Origin: Candidatus Micrarchaeota archaeon
GTDB taxonomy: Archaea > Micrarchaeota > Micrarchaeia > Norongarragalinales > SBBD01
Length of the DNA: 11,961 nucleotides
NCBI GenBank assembly: GCA_043813365.1
Contig: JBDRLB010000067.1
Span: forward strand, 1-11,961
Direction of reading: 5' to 3'
Below are positions 1 to 7,131 of the stretch, one piece after another; position 1 is the first letter of the stretch, and each line of letters begins with the position of its first letter. The position numbers and the translations under genes are program-made. Under the pieces are notes generated by a model that was given only the letters and a program-made list of their open reading frames with translations, made no database searches and was not told the DNA's origin.

Positions 1-1
1 T

Positions 2-247
2 TTTGATGAAAAAATCAAAGGGAATTATCTGGGTTTGGAAAATGCCCTACGGATAATGATTGCCAAAAAAATGGAACAAATGGAAAGGGAAGGGCTGGTT
101 TCAAGGCACCTGAAATTCGGGAAACCATTCTTTGTCGAGGAAATCGGGCAATACCGCCTCTGCTTCAAAATTGATGAGAAAATGAAGGTGAAAACGATAA
201 TATTCATTGGCGATCATAAGGAATATGAAAGATGGGCGAAAATATAA
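2..247 (+). CDS. RelE/ParE/HigB-superfamily toxin-like mRNA interferase (5'-truncated by the window edge)
   Basis: Frame 2 is open from base 2 (FDEKIKGNYLGLENALRIMIAKKMEQM...RHLKFGKPFFVEEIGQYRLCFKIDEKMKVKTIIFIGDHKEYERWAKI*). The small basic protein has the RelE-fold pattern 'YRL-F...IIFIG-H-EY'. The start lies upstream of the window. Confidence 0.7.
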   Translation, partial: FDEKIKGNYLGLENALRIMIAKKMEQMEREGLVSRHLKFGKPFFVEEIGQYRLCFKIDEKMKVKTIIFIGDHKEYERWAKI

Positions 248-798
248 TGGCAAAATATTACTTTGACATCGAGACTTTCGGACCGAACCTAGCACCGTCG
301 CCGTTCACGGATAAAATAATCACTATTCAATACCAACTGCTGGATGATGTGACAGGGGAAGCGAAGGGGGAGCTGATAATTCTGAAGGAATGGGAGAGCT
401 CGGAGGCGGAAATATTGAGGAAATTCTGGCCGATGCTGAAGAAGTGGGAATTCATAATGGTCGGGAATAATTTAAGCTATGAGAAGCGCTTCCTAATAGA
501 GAAGGCAAGGCAGTACGGATGGTTCAATTTGAACGAATACCAGCTTAATTATGAGTTTCCAGCTATTGATTTGCAGAGCGTTTTCGTGATTTTGAACAAG
601 GGCCAGTTCAAGGGAAGCGGGATGCACAATTTTACCGAGAAGAAGATGAACGGCGCGATGATTAAGCAATGGTATGAGAAAAGCGAATACGCGAGGATCG
701 AGGAATACGTAAAGAACGAGGCGGAAGGGTTCGTAAAATTCTACTCGGAGCTTTGCAGGAAGATGCCGGAGATGTTCCCGAGGAAAAGTGAGGATTAG
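247..798 (+). CDS. RNase H-like (DnaQ/PolB exo, YprB/RNase_H_2-like) 3'-5' exonuclease domain protein
   Basis: ATG at 247 overlaps the upstream TAA (TAATG). ExoI motif 'YFDIET', 'SEAEILRKF' helix, ExoII-like 'VGNNLSYEKRFL', 'IDL', ExoIII-like 'IEEYVKNE'. Confidence 0.8.
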   Translation: MAKYYFDIETFGPNLAPSPFTDKIITIQYQLLDDVTGEAKGELIILKEWESSEAEILRKFWPMLKKWEFIMVGNNLSYEKRFLIEKARQYGWFNLNEYQLNYEFPAIDLQSVFVILNKGQFKGSGMHNFTEKKMNGAMIKQWYEKSEYARIEEYVKNEAEGFVKFYSELCRKMPEMFPRKSED

Positions 799-808
799 GC
801 AAGCTGCC

Positions 809-1225
809 TCATTTGACAGTTTGCGTCGGGTTCCACTTCCTAATCCGGTCCCTCAATTGATCCCTCGATAAGGCCGGCTTTTTCTCTATTGCATCCTCGA
901 TCAATTTGCGGATTTGGGCTTGTGACGCTTTTACTAGCAGGAGATCGCCATTCTTTGTGAAGAATGCATGCGTCGCCCTTGCTATGTCTCGCGATTTTAG
1001 GACTGCATTTGTTCCCGTTTCCCAGTCCTTGAAAACTTCAGAAACTCGCTCTATTCCGAAATTCCTGAGTGAATGTGCTTCGGGGGGCACGAATGAGTAG
1101 GCATCTCGGTGCAACTCTGGCAGGTCCAATATATCCACTTTTTTACTGGTCTCGTGCCATTTCGCAATATCCGGCTTGAGGTCGCTTTTCGGCACGCGCC
1201 ACACAGCGATTTCTTCACTAGGCAT
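809..1225 (-). CDS. hypothetical soluble protein (138 aa)
   Basis: ATG-initiated ORF that fills the gap and converges on the exonuclease gene. AT-rich upstream spacer at 1226-1279. No recognisable motif. Confidence 0.65.
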   Translation of the reverse strand: MPSEEIAVWRVPKSDLKPDIAKWHETSKKVDILDLPELHRDAYSFVPPEAHSLRNFGIERVSEVFKDWETGTNAVLKSRDIARATHAFFTKNGDLLLVKASQAQIRKLIEDAIEKKPALSRDQLRDRIRKWNPTQTVK

Positions 1226-1279
1226 AATTCAATCAGGGAGAATACAAATAATAATATGCCGGGAATAGGTGCGAGCAGG

Positions 1280-1672
1280 TCAGTTTCGCCCTTTAAGGAA
1301 GTTCAGCACCGCCGCGCTGATTTTGGGGACATGCTTTACTGCAAGAGTATCGAGTTCGCTGATTTGATCCCTTGATGGGACCACTTTCGACTCGAAATGA
1401 GGAGCGGTAATGACAACCTGGAGCATATGGCGGTCATCGCCCTCTGGAGTGCTGATGGAGACAAAGATATTGTTGGAACGCGCGGGGGCCACTTTCTTCT
1501 GAAGTCTATTTAATTCCCTTAGATGGGGGGTCAATTTGGCCGCTAGCTGCTTCTCTACCGCGGGTATTTCCTCCTGGCTCATGATTGGAAGGCCAAAATT
1601 CATGGTGACATTGCTGGCACCCGGGTAGTTCTTTTCAAGTTTGTGGCCAATGAAGGCAGGCAATTTTTCCAT
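1280..1672 (-). CDS. hypothetical soluble protein (~130 aa)
   Basis: ATG at 1672 (MEKLPAF...) is preceded on the minus strand by GGTGA at 1685-1681, which makes it a better start than 1684. No recognisable motif. Confidence 0.65.
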   Translation of the reverse strand: MEKLPAFIGHKLEKNYPGASNVTMNFGLPIMSQEEIPAVEKQLAAKLTPHLRELNRLQKKVAPARSNNIFVSISTPEGDDRHMLQVVITAPHFESKVVPSRDQISELDTLAVKHVPKISAAVLNFLKGRN

Positions 1673-1721
1673 GTCGCAAATCACCGCACACGCTTAAATA
1701 GAGCTTCAACTTATTATTTTT
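1673..1721. promoter_or_regulatory. divergent intergenic promoter region with a TATA-like box
   Basis: 49-bp spacer between divergent genes, containing TTAAATA at 1694-1700 (TATTTAA on the minus strand) about 21 nt before ATG 1722. Confidence 0.45.
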
Positions 1722-2117
1722 ATGCCTATTTCCCCGGAAGTTCAGCGGAGGCAGATGGTGAGCCAGCAGCCGCCTTCCAGCAAGGCAATCGCGAAGCAGA
1801 AGATACGGGAAAACATGGCAGTATTAAGGATTGCTTCCGGAGCCAATTCGGTGCAGGGGTTCGGGAAGATGACCATTGGCGCAATAGTGCTCTCAATCGT
1901 ATTCTCTTTTGCTACGCTTGCAGCTGTTCTCTACAATAATTTCTTCGGCGCCATAGGGGAGGGCGTGGGCATCGTTTATCCAATTATTGGCGGCTTCATA
2001 CTTGTGCTGTTCTACGAGGCTGTGCAATACCTCAGGGAGGGCTTCTTGCTGTTCGAGCAGAGCAAGAGCCAGGAGGATGCGGCACTGGAGCAGTTCGCGG
2101 AAAAAATGCTGGAATAG
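1722..2117 (+). CDS. hypothetical membrane protein, 2 TM helices
   Basis: Two hydrophobic segments (TIGAIVLSIVFSFATLAAVLY and VGIVYPIIGGFILVLFY) with polar helical termini. Confidence 0.75.
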   Translation: MPISPEVQRRQMVSQQPPSSKAIAKQKIRENMAVLRIASGANSVQGFGKMTIGAIVLSIVFSFATLAAVLYNNFFGAIGEGVGIVYPIIGGFILVLFYEAVQYLREGFLLFEQSKSQEDAALEQFAEKMLE

Positions 2118-2136
2118 GAAAGAGGTGGGGAAGGGA

Positions 2137-2589
2137 ATGAAAATGCAAAAGGGGCTAGGCTGGGGGAAGGCGTTGGTTGCGGGAATCGCATATGCTGTGA
2201 TCAGCCAGGCAATAAGGATCATCGAATCGTTTTTCACAATGGATTACTACACGGATCCGGCGAATTTCGCATTGTGGAGCCGGATGATGATGCCCGGTGC
2301 AGGTGCGCCGCCGATGGAATTCTTCATATACAACCTGCTTTTCGGGGTGCTGATCGGGATGGTATTTGCGTATGCATACAACAGCATAAAATCCGCGATC
2401 CCTGCTGAAAACAGCTGGATGAGGGGAGTGAAATTCGGATGGCTGCTCTTCCTTGTAGCGGGAATCCCGGGCTTCATAATGCTGTTCATGATCCTTGCTG
2501 TCCCGGTGATGCTCAATTTCTCCTGGCTGGTTTCGGGGCTGGTTGTGTACCTGCTTGGCGGGGCTGCAATAGGGAAAATCATTGGCTGA
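2137..2589 (+). CDS. 4-TM membrane protein, DUF1761-like
   Basis: The SD-like GAGGTG at 2122-2127 supports ATG 2137 (or 2143), not the 1987 start in the track. Four hydrophobic segments, 'RGVKFG' and terminal 'LLGGAAIGKI' patterns recall DUF1761-like proteins. Confidence 0.75.
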   Translation: MKMQKGLGWGKALVAGIAYAVISQAIRIIESFFTMDYYTDPANFALWSRMMMPGAGAPPMEFFIYNLLFGVLIGMVFAYAYNSIKSAIPAENSWMRGVKFGWLLFLVAGIPGFIMLFMILAVPVMLNFSWLVSGLVVYLLGGAAIGKIIG

Positions 2590-2600
2590 TGGTTTTTTGA

Positions 2601-2942
2601 ATGGCAGATTGGAGCGGGCTCTTGCATGACGAAGGGGCTATACTCGCAAGCAGGGGCTCGGTTGAAGTTGAGGGCAATACAAGCATATGCCAGCTTGTGC
2701 TGACCGATAGGAGAATTTACATCATTGTATCCAGGGGGCTGATTGCATCCGTGCCGGTAGTAATCGCGGAAATTCCTCTTGAAAAATTGAAGGATGCCAG
2801 GATAACGGGGAAGATGGTCCGTTGCCTGCAGATGGATTACTTGAAAAAAAATTTGGTGAAGCGAATCAAGTTTACCTCATTCGACTTTGAGGTCAGGGAA
2901 TTGCTCGAAATTATCGAGGAGCACGCGGACAATCTCGGGTGA
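2601..2942 (+). CDS. PH-like domain protein (bacterial PH/YokE/GRAM-like)
   Basis: 'QLVLTDRRIYI...EIPLEKL' beta-strand pattern and a C-terminal amphipathic helix 'VRELLEIIEEH' are typical of prokaryotic PH-like domains. Confidence 0.65.
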   Translation: MADWSGLLHDEGAILASRGSVEVEGNTSICQLVLTDRRIYIIVSRGLIASVPVVIAEIPLEKLKDARITGKMVRCLQMDYLKKNLVKRIKFTSFDFEVRELLEIIEEHADNLG

Positions 2943-2970
2943 ATGCTGCAAATTCTGAAAGGGATGCGTC

Positions 2971-4932
2971 CTAATCCTCGCGGCTCGCCCAAACGATGTA
3001 CGCGCCAATGAGGAGCACGAACAGGTAAATTATTACGATCAAGAAATTCCCCATCGAATAAATTGCGGAATCCCTGATGGTGACCTTTGAGATCATCTCT
3101 ATCACGTTGTAAAGGGGAAGGAGGCTTGCGAAATACCTGACGGAGCCGTGAATCTGCTCGAGTGGGAGCACTATACCGCTAAGGAAGAGCATGGGCATTG
3201 ATACGAGCAGTGAGGAAAGGACGGCACTTGCCTCATTGTTCACGAAAGACGCGAGGAGCGTCCCCATCGCGGTGAATATTGCCGGTGCAAGCAGCAGTGA
3301 AAGGGCGACAGCTGTGAAATTAGAGCCGAGGTTGATGCCGAAAACCAGGCTCCCAAGGAGCGCAACTACAAGCACCTGGCAAAGCCCAACAAGGTAATCG
3401 CCTATGAACCTGCCCAAGACTATCGATGAAGTGCTCGCATAGGAAAGCTTCATCCTCATCCTTACGCCCTGTGCGCGCTGCTTCACGGTCATGATGGGCG
3501 GAAGCAGGAGGCAGGAAAGCATTGAAACTAGCCCGATCAAAGCGGGGAATATGGTGTCGATAGGCCTCAGCTGCCGCTTTTCCTTCAGCGCCTCCAATTT
3601 CGGCGGCACGAATTTCTGGGGGTCGTTTGAGATGAATTGGTCGATGTTCTGCTTGGCAGCCCTCAGCAATGCCTCGGTGTCGTCCAATTCTGCGCTCAGG
3701 CGGTCTATTTCAGCCCCGGACTGGGAGAGGTAGCTCCTCATCGAATCCGAGAGGGAAGTAAATGATTCAAGATTCGAGCGCGCCTGCCCGATGCTTGCGA
3801 TGGCATTCCCGATCTTCCCGTCCGCATCCTCTAATTGCGTGCGAGCCATGTTGAAGTCATTTCGCGCATTTGCCTGCGAGAAGGAAAGCGAGGAACGGGT
3901 GGTTTGTATGTCGCGCCTTGCATCCGAAATGTCATTCCTTGCAGCGACAATCTGGTATTGCATATTTTGGAGCTCGGTGCGCATCTGCGTCAGTTCGTTC
4001 CGGGCCGATGCAACCTCGTTGCGCGCATTTATGAGGCCGTTCTCAACCTCCGCGAGCTGCGCAAGGGCGGTGCCAGTCGAGCTCGCCTTGACCTGCTGCA
4101 CAATTGAAAGGTAATAGCTGATCTCGTTGTAAATGCTGTTGAGCTGCGCTATCCGGGCGGAAAGCTTCGAATCCCAGTTCGCGAGGTTGTTCTGCAAGGT
4201 TGCGAGCTGCGAATCGGTCGATGCGAGCCGCGAATCGTAGTACTGCAGTTTCGAATCGTAATTGGATAGCTCGTTTATAGCGCCCTCCCAGCTGCTTAGT
4301 TTGTTCCGGGTCAGCGAGATGCTCTGGCGCATTTGAATTGCGTCGTTCTCCATCTGCGTGAGCGAATTGCCGGTTGAGACAATTTGGTTCGATTCGATGG
4401 TGTTCTCAAGCGAGCTCATGCGCACCTTGCTTTCCTGGAAAGACTGCTTCAGCTGCGGTATCTTGATGAGCTTCGCATCTATATCAACGGAAAGGGTGCG
4501 CATGTTATTGTAAATTGAGACGAGGTTGGTCTCCACCAATTCGGCTGAAACGTCCGCAAGCTTCCCCTGCAGCTGGAGGGCGATTGCATTTGCAACAATT
4601 TCCTTCGTGGGCTCGAAATATGTGTAAATGCGCTTATGGCCGTTTTCGTCCTTCTCCACGCTTAAGCCGAGAACCGCCCTGCCCGAAAGCACCTCCGTTA
4701 TCATATCCTCCTTGCTGGAAACGAAATGCACGGATTGGTCATCTATCTGTGGGAAGGGGTCGTCAAGGGGCGAGTAAACGGCGATCTGCACCCCCCTCGC
4801 GCCTATGGAAGTGAATATGGGGCCGACAATGAACATCAAAATGAACGGATAGAGCAGAATAAGAAGCGAAGTCAGTCCCTGTGAAGAGATGAACTTCAGC
4901 TCCATTTTTACGATTGTGAGCAGTTTCATCAT
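2971..4932 (-). CDS. ABC-2 type exporter permease (YhgE/Pip-like architecture) with a large coiled-coil extracellular domain
   Basis: One N-terminal TM, a ~420-aa extracellular region mostly of heptad repeats, then about five C-terminal TMs with ABC-2 motifs ('IFPALIG', 'IVLGRF', 'PMLFLSGIVLPLEQI', 'LLPLYN'). ATGA overlap with the ATPase stop. Confidence 0.9.
   Translation of the reverse strand: MMKLLTIVKMELKFISSQGLTSLLILLYPFILMFIVGPIFTSIGARGVQIAVYSPLDDPFPQIDDQSVHFVSSKEDMITEVLSGRAVLGLSVEKDENGHKRIYTYFEPTKEIVANAIALQLQGKLADVSAELVETNLVSIYNNMRTLSVDIDAKLIKIPQLKQSFQESKVRMSSLENTIESNQIVSTGNSLTQMENDAIQMRQSISLTRNKLSSWEGAINELSNYDSKLQYYDSRLASTDSQLATLQNNLANWDSKLSARIAQLNSIYNEISYYLSIVQQVKASSTGTALAQLAEVENGLINARNEVASARNELTQMRTELQNMQYQIVAARNDISDARRDIQTTRSSLSFSQANARNDFNMARTQLEDADGKIGNAIASIGQARSNLESFTSLSDSMRSYLSQSGAEIDRLSAELDDTEALLRAAKQNIDQFISNDPQKFVPPKLEALKEKRQLRPIDTIFPALIGLVSMLSCLLLPPIMTVKQRAQGVRMRMKLSYASTSSIVLGRFIGDYLVGLCQVLVVALLGSLVFGINLGSNFTAVALSLLLAPAIFTAMGTLLASFVNNEASAVLSSLLVSMPMLFLSGIVLPLEQIHGSVRYFASLLPLYNVIEMISKVTIRDSAIYSMGNFLIVIIYLFVLLIGAYIVWASRED
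4168..4257. repeat. 21-bp-period coding repeat (CGAATC) encoding Asp-Ser heptads
   Basis: CGAATC at 4168, 4210, 4231 and 4252 (spacings 42, 21, 21). On the minus strand this reads GAT TCG, giving D-S at residues 254, 240, 233 and 226 of the permease. Confidence 0.75.
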
Positions 4933-5876
4933 TTAACACCAATGCCCATACCTACAACGACCTTGAAAACGTCGTCCAGTGTCGGCTCCTTCACATATGA
5001 GTCCTTGACAGCGATTTCCCGATCCGAAAGGAGGCGATACATCATGGAGATAAGCTTAACAACTTCCGTGTTGACGCACGTGACCATCAGCAGGTTCTTT
5101 TCCGCGAAAACGGTCAAAATCCCTTTTAGTTTCCCGACATCGCCGACGACTTTTTCAGCAGCGGAGGAGAGCTGGATGAATATTTTCGTGTCGCCCCCGT
5201 ATTGCAAAATAAGGTCAGATGGCGTCCCGATCGCAAGTATATTGCCCCTGAAAATTATTGCCAGCCGGTCGCAAAGGTAGCCCGCCTCCTCAAGGTAATG
5301 CGTCGTCAGTATGATTGTCGCCCCATCCTTCCTCAAGTCCTTTATGCGACCCCACACCGTCGACCGGATGTCCGGGTCCAGCCCGACTGTCGGCTCGTCA
5401 AGCAGTATCAATTTCGGCGAGTGTATTGTTGAGAGCGCAAAATTGAGGAGCCGCTTGTAGCCTCCGGAGAGGTCGCTTGCCCTCACGGAGCGCTTATTAT
5501 CCAGCAAATAGCGCGAAAGCTGCCAGGCTATACGGTCCTCGAGTTCCTTTCCCGAAAATCCGTAGAGTTTGGAGAAATACGAGAGATTCTCATCAACGGT
5601 GAAATCGAGCGCAAACGAGTATTCCTGCGGAACGATGCCGATGGTCTTCCGCAAATCCAGCGAATGGAAGAACAAGTCGTTCCCATAAAGGGAAACGGTG
5701 CCCGAATTCTGGCGGTGCTGGCCCGAGATGATCTTCATTATGGAGCTCTTTCCTGCGCCATTTGGGCCAAGGAGACCGAAAATTTCACCCTCCTCCACAT
5801 CGAAGCTGCAATTCTGCACTGCAACGTAGGAGCCGTACTTCACGGAGAGGCCCTTAATGCTGATCGCTGTTGCCAT
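4929..5876 (-). CDS. ABC-2 type (DrrA/NodI-like) transporter ATP-binding protein
   Basis: Walker A GPNGAGKS, Q-loop 'VPQE', signature LSGGYKRL, Walker B 'ILLDEPT-GLDP', H-loop 'TTHYLEEA', and a C-terminal domain ending 'EPTLDDVF'. Confidence 0.95.
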   Translation of the reverse strand: MATAISIKGLSVKYGSYVAVQNCSFDVEEGEIFGLLGPNGAGKSSIMKIISGQHRQNSGTVSLYGNDLFFHSLDLRKTIGIVPQEYSFALDFTVDENLSYFSKLYGFSGKELEDRIAWQLSRYLLDNKRSVRASDLSGGYKRLLNFALSTIHSPKLILLDEPTVGLDPDIRSTVWGRIKDLRKDGATIILTTHYLEEAGYLCDRLAIIFRGNILAIGTPSDLILQYGGDTKIFIQLSSAAEKVVGDVGKLKGILTVFAEKNLLMVTCVNTEVVKLISMMYRLLSDREIAVKDSYVKEPTLDDVFKVVVGMGIGVK

Positions 5877-5945
5877 CGAATCGAAAGGGTTAATTTTATG
5901 TGCAATAATAAGCTTTCCTTGCGTAAACGTGGGTGAGCAGGGATA

Positions 5946-6389
5946 ATGGCTCGGTGGGAGAAAAAAATGAACAAGGGCAGGCGAACGGGAATCGGCAGTT
6001 CATCATCAATTTCAATTTTCAAGTATTTGCTGCTTGCTGCCATCGTCCTCTCTGCAAGCATGTTCGTGCTTAATGCGCAGAAAAAACCCGAGAGGTTCTC
6101 GCAGCTTTCCCTGATTGCGGGCGCATTCCCTTCTGAAGTCGAGGCGGGCACGAAATTCAATTTCGGCTTGGAGATCTATAATCACGAGGGGAAGGGGATG
6201 CTATACGAGTATAGGGTTTTGGTAGATGGTGCGGAGATAGGTAGCAATAAAATAATTCTGGACGACGGCGAGAAAAAGCGCATATATGAGCCCGTGATGC
6301 TGAATGATAAGGGGATACATAAAGTGCAGATTGAAATGAATGCGGAAGGGAAGGCATACGGCGTTTTTTTTAAAGTAGATATAATCTAG
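5946..6389 (+). CDS. DUF1616-like membrane-anchored protein with an Ig-like C-terminal domain
   Basis: SD GGTGAG at 5932-5937. One TM (YLLLAAIVLSASMFVL) followed by 'ERFSQL...P...IYNHEG...Y', the pattern of archaeal DUF1616 proteins. Confidence 0.65.
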   Translation: MARWEKKMNKGRRTGIGSSSSISIFKYLLLAAIVLSASMFVLNAQKKPERFSQLSLIAGAFPSEVEAGTKFNFGLEIYNHEGKGMLYEYRVLVDGAEIGSNKIILDDGEKKRIYEPVMLNDKGIHKVQIEMNAEGKAYGVFFKVDII

Positions 6390-6397
6390 CTGATGAA

Positions 6398-7015
6398 ATG
6401 CAGGCATTCGACAAAATCGCAAGGGAATGGAACGAGAACAGGCAGGCGCCGATTTCGCCAATCCCGTTTTTTCTGAAATTTGTCAGGAAGGATGACCGCA
6501 TCCTGGATGCGGGCTGCGGCAACGGCCGGAACCTTGTTGAAATTGCAAGAAACTGCGGCGAGGCCTACGGCATGGATTCCTCAACGGAAATGGTGAATTT
6601 CTGCCGCGAAAACCTGATGCTGAAGGGGACCCGCAATGCGGGCTGCCTGGCCGGCAACATCATGGGAATGCCCTTTTCGGATGGTTTTTTTGACAAGGTT
6701 TTTTCCGCAGCGGTTATCCACCACTTGGGCAAGCAGGAGCAGCCGCTTGCTGTGAAGGAATTTTTCAGAGTTCTGAAAAGGAGCGGATCCGTTTTTGCAA
6801 CGGTATGGGCGGAAAACCGCCTGAAGGAAGGGAATGAGGGGCATGTGAAATGGGGGGAAGTGCAGAGATACCATTATTTTTACAAGAAGGGGGAGCTGGA
6901 AGAGCTTTTCAGGGATGCGGGCTTCGATGTTACGGAGCTTTTTTTCGAGCGCAATGGAAAGCGTGTTCCTGAGGAGGAAGGGCAAAATATCGTGCTAATC
7001 GCAAAAAAACCATAA
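6398..7015 (+). CDS. class I SAM-dependent methyltransferase, Trm9/ALKBH8-like (putative tRNA U34 carboxymethyl methyltransferase)
   Basis: Motif I 'ILDAGCGNGRN', 'GMDSS', 'MPFSDGFFD', 'AVIHHL', 'RVLKRSG...TVW', 'W...RYHYFY..GEL' and N-terminal 'FDKIA..W...R..P' follow the Trm9 motif order. Confidence 0.85.
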   Translation: MQAFDKIAREWNENRQAPISPIPFFLKFVRKDDRILDAGCGNGRNLVEIARNCGEAYGMDSSTEMVNFCRENLMLKGTRNAGCLAGNIMGMPFSDGFFDKVFSAAVIHHLGKQEQPLAVKEFFRVLKRSGSVFATVWAENRLKEGNEGHVKWGEVQRYHYFYKKGELEELFRDAGFDVTELFFERNGKRVPEEEGQNIVLIAKKP

Positions 7016-7033
7016 AAAGTAGGCATTAAAAAC
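7016..7033 (+). promoter_or_regulatory. putative TATA-like promoter for the tRNA gene
   Basis: TTAAAA at 7026-7031, preceded by a purine-rich stretch, lies about 30 nt upstream of the mature tRNA 5' end. Confidence 0.45.
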
Positions 7034-7058
7034 AAGCTTTCCGATTAACATACCCCTC

Positions 7059-7131
7059 AGCCCCGTCGTCTAGCGGCCAAGGATTGCAGGCTTTGGACCT
7101 GTCGACGGCAGTTCGAATCTGCCCGGGGCTA
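7059..7131 (+). tRNA. tRNA-Gln(UUG), intronless, CCA not encoded
   Basis: Cloverleaf: acceptor AGCCCCG/CGGGGCT plus discriminator A; D-arm GTCT/GGAT; anticodon stem GCAGG/CCTGT with loop CT-TTG-GA (anticodon 7093-7095); T-arm GGCAG-TTCGAAT-CTGCC. The A1-U72 pair is typical of archaeal tRNA-Gln. Confidence 0.97.

Noticed and set aside
797..809. AGGCA-AGC-TGCCT inverted repeat between convergent stop codons as a terminator
   Set aside because: A 5-bp stem with a 3-nt loop and no T-tract is too weak to call.
1987..2136. N-terminal 50 codons of the 200-aa ORF in the track
   Set aside because: They overlap the 1722-2117 gene in another frame and have an unnatural composition. A good SD supports the start at 2137.
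4168..4257. Regularly spaced CGAATC repeats as a CRISPR or other non-coding array
   Set aside because: The repeat is only 6 bp with a 21-bp period and is fully explained by in-frame heptad codons of the permease.
3191..5432. Several plus-strand ORFs opposite the ABC genes, and similar antisense ORFs opposite tyrS, the GT4 and the 474-aa gene
   Set aside because: They lie wholly antisense to well-supported genes and have no motifs or ribosome-binding sites.
7105..7131. tRNA 3' end as an integration (att) site
   Set aside because: I saw no second copy of the tRNA 3' end and no integrase in the window, and the flanking genes are housekeeping. TTCGAATC matches near 4166 and 4250 are short and coding.
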